Assembly: GCA_937625935.1 (NCBI GenBank)
Contig: OW569355.1
Location: 124,001-188,000, forward strand
Reading direction: 5' to 3'
DNA length: 64,000 nt
DNA from: Tetramitus jugosus
Lineage: Eukaryota > Protista > Heterolobosea
In this document: positions 1 to 10,010 of the stretch, one piece after another
Numbering within the stretch: position 1 is the stretch's first letter
Layout: the number at the start of each line of letters is the position of its first letter
Notes under the pieces: generated by a model
Databases searched by the model: none
The model's input: the letters and a program-made list of their open reading frames with translations, nothing else
What the model was told of the DNA's origin: nothing
Made by a program: the position numbers and the translations under genes

Positions 1-825
1 GAATAAAGAGGCAACTCATGTTGTATGGAAAAAAAAAAAGCTAGGCGCCTGCTAGTCAAAGAAGTTTCGGAGAAACTAGGAAGGTTAGGTATACACAGAG
101 CTAAATCTGTGGACCTTTGGTTCGACAATCAGAAGTAATGGTTGGCTTAAGATGAATAGTGCGAGGAAAACAAGTAAGGAGTACAGACTAGGTATGTTGA
201 GAGTAGAAACACGAGCTACGAAGCAAATAACGAGAGGATTAACGAAGAATGGAATGACGAAGGACGTAGCAGAGAGAAAAGCCAAACTAATTGTACACAA
301 CACCAAGGTGTCTTGAGGTGATGCATCACCTCTTCACTAGCTCCAAAGAACTTGACGGTTGTTAATGCATTCTGCCGTCACGAAGCAAACAAGTACTGCA
401 AGTACAGAGAGCAACAAAGAAATAAAAGTGCAACCAATTGGTTGTATTTAAAACAAAAAAGCCCACTCAGTTTCAAACTCCACGTAAAGAGAGGCACCCT
501 GCACACAAAAGAGGTTGTTCGTGGGCTGTATAATCCCAGTGAAAAGAACCAGAAAGTGTGCTGCACTGAGCAGATGCCCGAGGGCTGTTTATGCCAGACG
601 GTCAGGGAGTTAACAGCTATGGGAGTAGCCTCCGATAGCTGTATCGATATTTGGTTCGACAATCGAGGTAAGATTGAAAAGCGACCACTGAGGTTGACGA
701 GTAGGGAATTCCTCATGGGTATGATGGGAATTGTGAAACGGAGGTGTCTCACGACCCTCCTTCATCGATGGTTGAAGAAAACAAAAGACAATGCAGTGAG
801 CAACCGAAATGGTTGTATTTGCTGA
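1..825 (+). mobile_element. Two tandem, diverged, degenerate fragments of one unknown protein family, possibly the C-terminus of a non-LTR retrotransposon ORF
   Basis: Frame 1 at 40-135 gives ...KSVDLWFDNQK*; after a frameshift it continues ARKTSKEYRLGML. ORF 352-825 contains CIDIWFDNRG...LRLTSREFLMGMM. FKLHVKRGTLHTKEVVRGLY loosely resembles the post-RT region of LINE-like elements. No RT core is visible. Confidence 0.35.
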
Positions 826-921
826 CCCTAAGAAACAGTTTGTTTCCTTCGAATTCCCAGGAGTAATTCTAGTTTTTGATCATGTTGATCTTTTCGTGCT
901 CCACTAAAAAAAATCATGTAA

Positions 922-1746
922 ATGCAAGATCAACATCCACAACAACAACCACATCATCATCAAGGTAGTGGCGCCACCACTCACCCAAAGAGATCCTACA
1001 ATTCACCTCCAAGAATCACTCCATCCGCTTCTCCCACCACCAATGACGATCAAACACGACCAAAAAGCTTTCGATTCATCACAGAAGAAACATACTTTGC
1101 ACAAGAACAGATTGAGCACAAGGACACGCGTGAGAAGGCAATTAATCCCATTATTCTCAGTCGCCTACAAGAAAATATCATGGACAGCTTTGTCTTCAAG
1201 TTTTCAAGCGTCGTGTGCTCGTTAGAGTACAATCAGTTGGTTGACTGTTTCCAACAAGGAGATCAAGAACAAAAAGCGTTGCCATCATTGTCAGGAACGA
1301 CAAGCTTAGCTCCTTTGGTTCGTGAGAAAACTCGCTCTTCATTAGAGTCTGCTGCTCTTCAGTTGGAAGAAGATCAAGAAGAAGTCAAGCCGTCAAAGAA
1401 ATCGACATGTTTGAAGCGTGAAAAATGGTGTGCAAAACAGAGCAAACAGTATGGTGATTGTGTGTACAGTCGATTTAATCAAGTGGTGGGCTTATTGTGT
1501 GTTCATGAGTGGAAGTGCAAACAAGAGTATGACTGGTATGAAACGTGTTTGAAGCTCATGTCGACAAATGGTCATGCTGATCAATCACTCAAGTCGTTCT
1601 TCTCCTCGTACAAGTGGAACCAAGTTCAGGGAACAAAGCACAGTTTGCCCTATGTCAACGTGTGTGAGACATACCTGTGGCGAAGGCTTTACAAGTGTCT
1701 CACCAATCATCTGCGGATTGATCCAGCTCCCTTTAATCAAGAGTAA
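922..1746 (+). CDS. Hypothetical protein with multiple Cx9C motifs (CHCH-like)
   Basis: 274-aa ATG ORF with CSLEYNQLVDC, CAKQSKQYGDC, CKQEYDWYETC (Cx9C) and CETYLWRRLYKC (Cx10C). Confidence 0.65.
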   Translation: MQDQHPQQQPHHHQGSGATTHPKRSYNSPPRITPSASPTTNDDQTRPKSFRFITEETYFAQEQIEHKDTREKAINPIILSRLQENIMDSFVFKFSSVVCSLEYNQLVDCFQQGDQEQKALPSLSGTTSLAPLVREKTRSSLESAALQLEEDQEEVKPSKKSTCLKREKWCAKQSKQYGDCVYSRFNQVVGLLCVHEWKCKQEYDWYETCLKLMSTNGHADQSLKSFFSSYKWNQVQGTKHSLPYVNVCETYLWRRLYKCLTNHLRIDPAPFNQE

Positions 1747-1951
1747 CTGTCGCGAATGGTACCACTCATTACTTGCTTTACTTTCATAAATATAACTCAA
1801 TGACAATCAATATTTGTTTGGATAACACTTAATTTGCGATAGGCATTACCATAGCGGGCAAAAGGTTCCAGATTCAGAATTCTTCTCCGCCCAAACAAGA
1901 AGGGAATTCTCTCCCAGCAACAACAATCCAAGAAAAAAAACAAAAAAGGTC

Positions 1952-3301
1952 ATGATCTCTTCAAAGTCATCCCTGGTTTTTTATTGTCTGGCAGTCCTCC
2001 TTGTGATTGCCCTTGTGAGCAACACATTGGCTCAAGTTGTTGTTTCAAGTGACCCTGTTGTCGATGTTTCTGCTGCTTCTGCTTCTGCCAAGCAACATGA
2101 TGAATTGGACCGTTTAGCTCTCGATCGATTCAGAGCATATCTCTCTGTGAACACTTCTCACCCGAATCCTCCATATGAAAAGGCTGTTCAATTCTTGGTT
2201 AAGCTTGCAAAGGACTTGGACTTTGAGCATCAAGTCGTTTCGTTGGACAGTGGATTGGAGGCTGTTGTGTTCACGTACAAGAATTTGTTGGATCAATACA
2301 AGGATAGCACAGAGTCCATCATGATGAATTCTCATACGGATATTGTGCCTGCTGATCCTGCAAAGTGGAACAGTGATCCATTCAAGCCACACACGACACC
2401 AGATGGTAGAATTTTTGCTAGAGGTTCACAGGACATGAAATCAGTGGGTATGCAGTACGTTGAAGCTGTGTATCGATTGAAGATGAGAGATGTCAAACTG
2501 AGGTACACCGTTCGAATTGTGTTTGTGCCAGAGGAGGAAGTCGGTGGCAATAAGGGTATGGTTGCCTTTTTGAAGACAAAGGAATTCAAGAACATGAATG
2601 TTGTCTTCTCGTTTGACGAAGGCATTCCAATTGCAGACTCCAACAGTCTGTCCATTTATTATGGAGAGAACATTGCTTGGTGGTTCAAGGTGACATGTGA
2701 GGGCAATGTCGGGCACGGATCTCAATTCATCAAGAACACTGCATCGTCTCAATTGAACAAGTATATGAAGAAGGCTTTCGATTTCCGTGACCAACAAGAG
2801 CAATTGATTACTGTATCGGATGCTGCAAGTGATGAGAGTGATGTCGTGACCATCAATATGAATGCAATGGAAGGTGGTATCACCACATCTATTAATGTGG
2901 TGCCTCGTCAGGTGCATGGATATTTTGACTCACGTATTCCACCTAGCTACAACCTGCCAGAAATGGAGAAGCTGTATTCTAAGGTGTGGACAGAAGGTAC
3001 TAACTGCACTGTGCACTGGATGCAACAAGGAATGGAGAATCCGATCAGTGACCTGAAATCCCCAATCATCCAGAGCACTATTGAGTACTTTAAGGGCAAA
3101 TACGACAATATCAGATTGAAATATTTCCCAGCAGCAACTGATGCTCGATTTGTGAGATTGGCTGGTATTCCATGTCTTGGTATCAGTTTGCTCAGTGGTG
3201 TACCAATGTTATTGCATGATCATAACGAATATATTACAGAAGATATTTTCATTAGAGGTATTCACCAGTATCAAGAGCTCTTGATTCATTTGAGTAAGTA
3301 A
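1952..3301 (+). CDS. ACY1: Aminoacylase-1 (M20 peptidase family) with N-terminal signal peptide
   Basis: Motifs NSHTDIVPA, IFARGSQDMK, VPEEEVGG, GHGS, FPAATDARF, LLHDHNE; hydrophobic N-terminus. Confidence 0.93.
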   Translation: MISSKSSLVFYCLAVLLVIALVSNTLAQVVVSSDPVVDVSAASASAKQHDELDRLALDRFRAYLSVNTSHPNPPYEKAVQFLVKLAKDLDFEHQVVSLDSGLEAVVFTYKNLLDQYKDSTESIMMNSHTDIVPADPAKWNSDPFKPHTTPDGRIFARGSQDMKSVGMQYVEAVYRLKMRDVKLRYTVRIVFVPEEEVGGNKGMVAFLKTKEFKNMNVVFSFDEGIPIADSNSLSIYYGENIAWWFKVTCEGNVGHGSQFIKNTASSQLNKYMKKAFDFRDQQEQLITVSDAASDESDVVTINMNAMEGGITTSINVVPRQVHGYFDSRIPPSYNLPEMEKLYSKVWTEGTNCTVHWMQQGMENPISDLKSPIIQSTIEYFKGKYDNIRLKYFPAATDARFVRLAGIPCLGISLLSGVPMLLHDHNEYITEDIFIRGIHQYQELLIHLSK

Positions 3302-3383
3302 TTATTTATTCATATGACATCACAGACCCTCCAAGAGAATGCAATGATAAATTAATGTATTGTACGATATTGGTGAATGAGCA

Positions 3384-4139
3384 CTATTTTTTCATTCTAG
3401 TACCCATCTGAATTGTCATGGCATCGCTTATTTTGTTTTCGACCTGCTTTAACTCGGAATAGAGCTGTTCTTCCCGCCTCCTTATCTCGCTGAGTTGTTG
3501 CCAGAGCAAGTCTCTCTGTTTCAGAAGATGCGTTATGTTTTGCTCGGTAAAGTATGTCATTATATCCTTCTTCTGGCTTGTTTCCCAAGCGTTGGAAAAC
3601 ATGGTTGACTTCACGACTGTCACTTCAATCTGCGGTTCTTTAACAGCAGCGTCCGGTCCACTCTTCCCGGGTGATGTTTCTCTAGCTGAACAAAAATCTT
3701 CACTTAAGCACGTCTCATCATAGAAACTCTTTGTGAGAGGCATTCTTTTGATAAACTCGTCACTACTGCTAGATTCAAATTGCATTTCATCTTCTTCGAT
3801 CTCCTCCTTGACTTCACACATGGGTATGGAACGGGTTGTGTCACCAGGTATTGAACTCTTTCGTTTATGATGTTCTTTCGAGGTTGGGTCATTCTCATTC
3901 TTCGGTGACAAATCTCGAACTCCAAATTGAGATAATGGTGAGAGTGATCCCGAACTCATTTGTTTCATTCGATTCTCTTTATCATAATTCGAGAATATTG
4001 TGTTTGGTTTCTTGATAGTTCGATTTTTAGGGTTTGGTGTTCCTTTGTTGCTCTCTTTCGTGACATGAAAAGGCTTCTTCACTCGATCCGCTATCATCTT
4101 ATTCTTGTCCACTATTGTCAGAGGTTGTCGAATTGCCAT
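3384..4139 (-). CDS. Hypothetical protein with C-terminal coiled coil
   Basis: 251-aa ATG ORF divergent from PRP4; heptad-like C-terminus; KEN-like DKEN motif. Confidence 0.7.
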   Translation of the reverse strand: MAIRQPLTIVDKNKMIADRVKKPFHVTKESNKGTPNPKNRTIKKPNTIFSNYDKENRMKQMSSGSLSPLSQFGVRDLSPKNENDPTSKEHHKRKSSIPGDTTRSIPMCEVKEEIEEDEMQFESSSSDEFIKRMPLTKSFYDETCLSEDFCSARETSPGKSGPDAAVKEPQIEVTVVKSTMFSNAWETSQKKDIMTYFTEQNITHLLKQRDLLWQQLSEIRRREEQLYSELKQVENKISDAMTIQMGTRMKK

Positions 4140-4337
4140 GGTCGATGATGAAAAACTCTATGTCGCGTTAGTTCACAAGAGTCGAGAATATAGATTCGAG
4201 TTCTCGAGAGACACAGTAATGACACCAATAGTCGTTCGCCCGTTTCGTAACGTCACTCGCCAAGAATTTCATTTTCCCGCATTTTTTCATGCATCCTTCA
4301 TTGAACCGCGATCACTGAGAAACAACAAAACGAAAAG

Positions 4338-6053
4338 ATGATACACACTCGCACGTCGACGAATAACAACCACACAGATCAAGTGCTCACCGATATTCAA
4401 AGACGTGAACTACTCATCAAAGAACTTGAGATTCAAAGCCTCTCAAAAACCATCTTAGCTCCCACTGATGACACTGAAGTAAAGCTTCAATTGAGATCTC
4501 TAGGTGAACCCATTTGTTATTTTGGAGAGGGACCAGGAGACAGAAGAGATCGTCTTCGAGTATTACTCGCTAGAATCCATGTGGAATCAAGAGACAAACA
4601 ACAACAAGGTGAAGGATCACTAAAAGCTGAGGAGGAAGAAGAAGGAGGTGCCATGGAAGATGAATCAATGACACAAGAGTTGACTTTTACAGAGGGACCA
4701 GATCGATTGCCGTTTGTGCGCATGGACATTGCACAATTCTCGTTGAGAAGAGCTCAAGTGAGAACAAAAAGACAACAAGTCATGTATGAGCAGATTTGTA
4801 ATCAAGCAAAGAAGATGCCGAATCAATCATTGGATACAAAAGTAGTGGAATATAAGCGATTGATGAGTGAATTGAGCGATTTTGATTGTTTGTCGAGTCA
4901 GATTGGTGATCATCGGCCATTGTCTTCAGTGTCCGTGGTGCCTCGAGAAGCATTCAATGGAACGCAATTGATATTGAGTTCTTCGTGGTCTGGTCATGTG
5001 AAACTGTGGAATATGAATGCTCAGGAATGCACGTGTGTTCAGTCTTATAAGGCTCACAATGAACGAATTGTGCATGTTGTGAGTAATCCTGTTGCGAAGA
5101 AACAGGACACGCTATCTTTTGCAACAGCCAGTGCAGACAAAACAATCAAAATTTGGCAGATTAAAGTAACGGGTAAGATTGAAGAAGATGCCGCGCGATC
5201 CATGAAACAAATAGAAGCAGAACGGAAGCGATTGAGCGAACAAGTGAACAAGAATGAAGATCAGAACGCAATGGAGGATGATGAGAATGGTGGCGAAGTT
5301 GGACATCATCACACAGAAGACACTGCAACATCTGATCTTGACAACGCGAGTACGACAGTAGTGAAGTGTGTAACATTGAAGGGACATACAAATAGATTAA
5401 GTAGACTCTGTTACCATCAATCTGGATCCTATTTATTCAGTACGAGCTTTGATAAAACGTGGAGATTCTGGGATTTAGAGACAGAGACGTGCTTGTACGA
5501 ACAAGATGGACACAAATATCCAGTGTACGGCATTGCAATGCATCCAGATGGATCTTTATGTGGTACATCTGATCTAGGAGGTATTGTGCGTGTTTGGGAT
5601 TTGAGAATTGGTCGTACGATCATGCCATGGCGTGCTCATGTGCAACAGTGTCTTTCTCTCGACTTTTCGCCAAATGGATATCATATTGCAACATCAGGAG
5701 ACGATAACACAGTGAAGGTTTGGGACTTACGAAAATTTGCAAACGTGGAACAAGTGTCAAAGAGCATGTTTGTCATACCTGCTCACTCAAAACTCATTTC
5801 TCGCGTGCAATATGAGCCTGTGCATGGAAGATTCTTGTCATCTGCTGGCTATGATGGTATGATCAAGGTTTGGAATAGTTTGGACTACAAGATGATAACG
5901 ACGTGCAAGGGTCATGATGGAAAAGTAATGTACACGGACATGATACCGTCGACGACATATTCTGCTGCTCAGATAGTAAGTTGTGGCTATGACCGAACAA
6001 TCAAACAATGGTGGAAATCGGATCACGCTCTTCAGATGCTCAAAAATTTATAA
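4338..6053 (+). CDS. PRPF4: U4/U6 snRNP protein Prp4 (PRP4 motif + WD40 repeats)
   Basis: PTDDTEVKLQLRSLGEPICYFGEGPGDRRDRLR PRP4 motif; SQIGDHRP; multiple WD repeats. Confidence 0.95.
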   Translation: MIHTRTSTNNNHTDQVLTDIQRRELLIKELEIQSLSKTILAPTDDTEVKLQLRSLGEPICYFGEGPGDRRDRLRVLLARIHVESRDKQQQGEGSLKAEEEEEGGAMEDESMTQELTFTEGPDRLPFVRMDIAQFSLRRAQVRTKRQQVMYEQICNQAKKMPNQSLDTKVVEYKRLMSELSDFDCLSSQIGDHRPLSSVSVVPREAFNGTQLILSSSWSGHVKLWNMNAQECTCVQSYKAHNERIVHVVSNPVAKKQDTLSFATASADKTIKIWQIKVTGKIEEDAARSMKQIEAERKRLSEQVNKNEDQNAMEDDENGGEVGHHHTEDTATSDLDNASTTVVKCVTLKGHTNRLSRLCYHQSGSYLFSTSFDKTWRFWDLETETCLYEQDGHKYPVYGIAMHPDGSLCGTSDLGGIVRVWDLRIGRTIMPWRAHVQQCLSLDFSPNGYHIATSGDDNTVKVWDLRKFANVEQVSKSMFVIPAHSKLISRVQYEPVHGRFLSSAGYDGMIKVWNSLDYKMITTCKGHDGKVMYTDMIPSTTYSAAQIVSCGYDRTIKQWWKSDHALQMLKNL

Positions 6054-6059
6054 ATTTAT

Positions 6060-7607
6060 TTATCTCAAAAGTAGATTAAGAGCTGCCTCGATATTTCCTC
6101 CTGTCTTTGTCAGAGCTTGCACACACACCTCTCTATTAAAGCCCATGTTCATCAAGTTTTGGATAGCATCTTCACTTATTCGTGGTGCTTGTGTTTGTAC
6201 TTGTGCTTGCGGCTGAGGATTCCTTGTTCTGAGGAATTGATTCAGAATATCAAGCTGTTGTCTCTGTGCATCAGTGCCCTGTGAACTTGGAATGGTTGCT
6301 GTGGATGTTGGAGCAGGATTGAGGATTGGTGAGCTTGGAACATTTGTTGTGGCTGTTTGTGGAGCAGTATTGACAATTGGACTCCTGGGCACAGCAGGAG
6401 ATGGACTTCTAGGTGTAGGTGAGCTGATAAACGACCCAGGTAATTGATCAGCTGGTGTAGGCAAAGGAGAACTGCCCATGGCCAAATCACTCTCCATTCT
6501 CTTCTTGCTTGGCAATTCGTGCTCGCCCAGGAACGGAACACGCTCATCACCCACCACAAGATAATTGTTCTTCAAGTCGATGCATGCCTGCCATCTGCGC
6601 AACATGTCCAAACCAATCAAAAACTCCATATCATCCTGATCCAACACCGTAATGGTCAAATTGAAGAAACTGTTGCCAATCTTGAGTTGAGTCTGATGAA
6701 TTCTACCGAGAATCTTGGCTGATCCAACACCAGTGGCCACACCGTGATATCTCGTGTCCAACAATCGCATCAAATTACACTTTTCTGCACATGACTTGCC
6801 CATGACAGTCATTTGAGCACCAGAGTCCACAAACGCCTTCAACGGAATATTGTTCACCTCTGAATTAATGTACAGCATGAAAATACTGGCAAAGCTCTCT
6901 GGATTGTGCTCGTACGCATACTCCAAATTCTCTTCAATGTTCCTCTTTTGGATCATCTCTTCCAAGAGCTTTTGAGCTTCGATATCAAAAGGATTGTCCT
7001 CCAATCGACGAATCAATTGGTCCTCTCTCTGTCGTTCTCTCAACGGTTCCAGAAACTGGTTGACAAGTGCAGTGTTATTGTCGAGAATGGCTTGAGCAAA
7101 CCTTGGATTCATTTGATTGAGTGATTGCATGGTGGCAGCATTGGAACGAAACATTTGAATCACTTGTTCCGTACTCAGTGCAGTAAAGTCCATTTGTGCC
7201 AACGGATTGGCTTGTCTTTGTTGCTGCAACTGTTGTTGTTGTTGTTGTTGAGCAGCAGCAGCAGCAGCAGCATTTTGGAATTCAAGTCCACCCCATCCAC
7301 CAAACGCATTGGCCGATGGTTGTTGTGGAAGTCGTTGTTGTTGTGGTTGTTGATAGGATGGTTGTTGTTGTTGAGCAGCAACGACATTGTACAGCAGAAC
7401 ATCATGATCCTTGATGTTGCATGATTCAAGTGTGGCGTGGTCTTGAAGAATGTTACCTTCGAATGTGAGTCTCTGATTCTTGACAGCATGATTGGTCTGT
7501 TGATGAACGAGTTGTTTGAGTTGAGCTACGGTAGCAGAGGAGTCAGCCACTTGTACATTGTACATTTTACCAGTGGATTCATCAAAGAGAGTCAGGTTGA
7601 TTGTCAT
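6060..7607 (-). CDS. DDI1: DNA damage-inducible protein 1 (UBL + retroviral-like aspartyl protease + UBA)
   Basis: N-terminal UBL, DNPFDIEAQ, KAFVDSGAQMT, C-terminal UBA (LMNMGF...AL...GGNIEAA). Confidence 0.96.
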   Translation of the reverse strand: MTINLTLFDESTGKMYNVQVADSSATVAQLKQLVHQQTNHAVKNQRLTFEGNILQDHATLESCNIKDHDVLLYNVVAAQQQQPSYQQPQQQRLPQQPSANAFGGWGGLEFQNAAAAAAAQQQQQQQLQQQRQANPLAQMDFTALSTEQVIQMFRSNAATMQSLNQMNPRFAQAILDNNTALVNQFLEPLRERQREDQLIRRLEDNPFDIEAQKLLEEMIQKRNIEENLEYAYEHNPESFASIFMLYINSEVNNIPLKAFVDSGAQMTVMGKSCAEKCNLMRLLDTRYHGVATGVGSAKILGRIHQTQLKIGNSFFNLTITVLDQDDMEFLIGLDMLRRWQACIDLKNNYLVVGDERVPFLGEHELPSKKRMESDLAMGSSPLPTPADQLPGSFISSPTPRSPSPAVPRSPIVNTAPQTATTNVPSSPILNPAPTSTATIPSSQGTDAQRQQLDILNQFLRTRNPQPQAQVQTQAPRISEDAIQNLMNMGFNREVCVQALTKTGGNIEAALNLLLR

Positions 7608-7741
7608 TATGGTGGTGATTGTTATTTATACAAGTTTGTGTTGATGTTGTGGGGTGTTTTGCTTTTTGGCTTTTTGTTGATCATGCTTACAACAGCTTTT
7701 AGGAACATGTTCTAAAAATAAGTGGAAAAAGAAAGGCAACT

Positions 7742-9433
7742 TTATTGTTGAACTTCTCCAAGTTTTTGTTTTTTACGACTGGAAGCATCATCCTCTTCCA
7801 CGTCCTCGATGAGGATGAAAGATGGTCTGGGACGTTTCATTGCGTTGTTGAGAACATTCGAATTTGTTGTTGGCGGTGCTGTGGCTGTTGTCGTCGTCGA
7901 TGGGCGAGACCTCTCATTGACTTCTCTTTCACTATATTCCCTCTCTAATTGTTGCCACAATTGGACTCCTTTTTTCAGAGGAGGCCTGGTTGAGAACAAT
8001 GAGGTCACTTGTTGGTGAAACATCTCAATTTGAGTGTTGTTCGTCTGCTGAAGATTGGCTGGGCCTGTTCGAGGTGTTTTGTATTGTGCCCATATCTCTG
8101 GTCCGAATCTAGGTGTGATTTGTGCATTTCCTAACCATGTTTTAATCATGTAATTCATAAACTTCTCCCCTGCAATAGGTCTCCACTTGGTCACAAATTG
8201 ATTCACAACCCGTTGAAACTGATCATCACTCGTGAAGTTGGAACATGCTAGAATCTTGATGTCCTGCTTCAATGACAAGCTAACGCTGCTGTTACTCTTC
8301 AAAACATGCTCCTTATAGACTCCTTGCTTAATCCATTCATCAATGGCTTGTTGTTGATGAAACAAACAACCAACAATCTGTGCATCTGGCCAATGTGTCT
8401 TAATGGCATTGTGCATCTCCTTATCATAATGGACTGTCATTTGAATCTTCTGTATATTACCTAGCTCCGGTACCAAATATTTGATTGTCCACCACAGGAA
8501 CCAACAGTCCTTTTCTGCATTTTCTCTGTTCAAGAAGGAGAAGAGACAAGGTATGGCTCTCTCTTGTTCCTTCTTACGCAACATGATCGTGAGCATTTGC
8601 CCGAACCCTTCTGCACGTCGATCAAACGTTCCATCAATAAAGAATTCATCATCACGAGTTGCAGTTCTTAATATGTTCATCTGATAGTCTGATGCCCATA
8701 TCATCAGAGTGTGGGGATAAGTAGAGACCCAACGAACAAATCGTTCTCGAGTTCCTCTCGATTTGGTCATCGCTAATTCCGAGAGATAGTGCACATCTTG
8801 AATCCTATACCTTCTTTCTCTCTCGTACCTTAATTGAGCTGATTGAACATCTTTCATTGTAATTTTGAACCTCGGATTTTTTTGTTGTTCGGCGGTCAAC
8901 CCGGCATTTAACATTTCAGCAATAGTTCGGCTTGATCTGATATGTGTGTTCGCTTCCACAAAGTCATCCAGAATTGCCAGTCTCGATAGGTCAAGAGATG
9001 GTGTGCTCTGTTGAGCTTTGACTGGAGTCGCTGAGTGATCCACATGCTCTCCTGCATGGACATAAACATTGTATTTGGGATAATAGCGAATTCGAGCTCT
9101 GCACTGATGACTCTTGTTCTTGTTGCAATAGTAAACTTTCGACAGTTTACTTACAGCTTCCTTCGAACTATAGTAGTAATCACGCCAAGACAATTGCTTC
9201 TTACCTCTCACCTTTTTCACTTCGCCCCAAGGAATGACGGATTCCCATGGATTTAGCTTGATTGCTCGATTGAATTCGTCAACGAGCTTCTTTTGGTTGT
9301 CTAATGGCTCTATGTTGATTAGATCAGCAATCTGTTGTGACAGTGTTCCAGTATTGCTACCAGGAGGAACTTCTTTTGTTGATGTCCGAACAGTGGATGC
9401 ATCAGTCTGAAATTGTTGTGTTTTTGTCTCCAT
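7742..9433 (-). CDS. MULE (Mutator-like) transposase-derived protein with WRKY/FLYWCH-like zinc finger, probably domesticated
   Basis: YYCNKNKSHQCRARI...HAGEHVDH; FFIDGTF; GCLFHQQQAI; TNNTQIEMFH. First ATG at 9433. Confidence 0.8.
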   Translation of the reverse strand: METKTQQFQTDASTVRTSTKEVPPGSNTGTLSQQIADLINIEPLDNQKKLVDEFNRAIKLNPWESVIPWGEVKKVRGKKQLSWRDYYYSSKEAVSKLSKVYYCNKNKSHQCRARIRYYPKYNVYVHAGEHVDHSATPVKAQQSTPSLDLSRLAILDDFVEANTHIRSSRTIAEMLNAGLTAEQQKNPRFKITMKDVQSAQLRYERERRYRIQDVHYLSELAMTKSRGTRERFVRWVSTYPHTLMIWASDYQMNILRTATRDDEFFIDGTFDRRAEGFGQMLTIMLRKKEQERAIPCLFSFLNRENAEKDCWFLWWTIKYLVPELGNIQKIQMTVHYDKEMHNAIKTHWPDAQIVGCLFHQQQAIDEWIKQGVYKEHVLKSNSSVSLSLKQDIKILACSNFTSDDQFQRVVNQFVTKWRPIAGEKFMNYMIKTWLGNAQITPRFGPEIWAQYKTPRTGPANLQQTNNTQIEMFHQQVTSLFSTRPPLKKGVQLWQQLEREYSEREVNERSRPSTTTTATAPPTTNSNVLNNAMKRPRPSFILIEDVEEDDASSRKKQKLGEVQQ

Positions 9434-10010
9434 TTTCTTTTCCAGATTTTTGTTCAATCTCCAAAATTTTGAAGTCCTTGCCACTTTTATACAACCACCT
9501 GCGGAATTTTCTTTTATTCTTAGTTCGAAACTTCCATAAGTTCCGGTTGAACAACTCCTTCAAAGGTCATCTCCTGCAAGAAAGGTCTGTCATCGATGCA
9601 AACGTGAAATCCAACATAATTGCCTTTTTGCAGAACAGGTATTAAGTGCTTCTCGTTCCATCGTTCTGGACTCACGAAGAAATGGTTTCTAGTATCCACC
9701 ACTCCATTTGCACAAAATGTCTTCATCTTTAGGGTTGCTCTTTCAAGCCGACGGACCTTTGTCTGACAAACAGTCTACAACAGATGCCGGCGAGATAAGT
9801 TTCGTGGGTTAAACTGATCATCAACGCTGCTCCTTGATGATTGAAATTAGATCGAGCCTCTCAATCGAGTATCACTGAGAATGATCCAGCTTGATACAAC
9901 AACTCTGGAATCAGCTGTGAATGATACCGGTTCTTGTGCAAGCAGTTGTACATCCAGCCATATGGACATTGATCTTGTTATCAAAAGCTACCCTCAGATA
10001 TGGATTTTTT

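Noticed and set aside
6800-6860. Retroviral-type protease motif DSGA as a sign of an LTR element
   Set aside because: It is the normal RVP domain of DDI1, between UBL and UBA.
9520-9970. Protein-like minus-strand fragments upstream of the MULE gene
   Set aside because: Interrupted by stops, no recognisable family and no convincing splice path to the MULE ORF.
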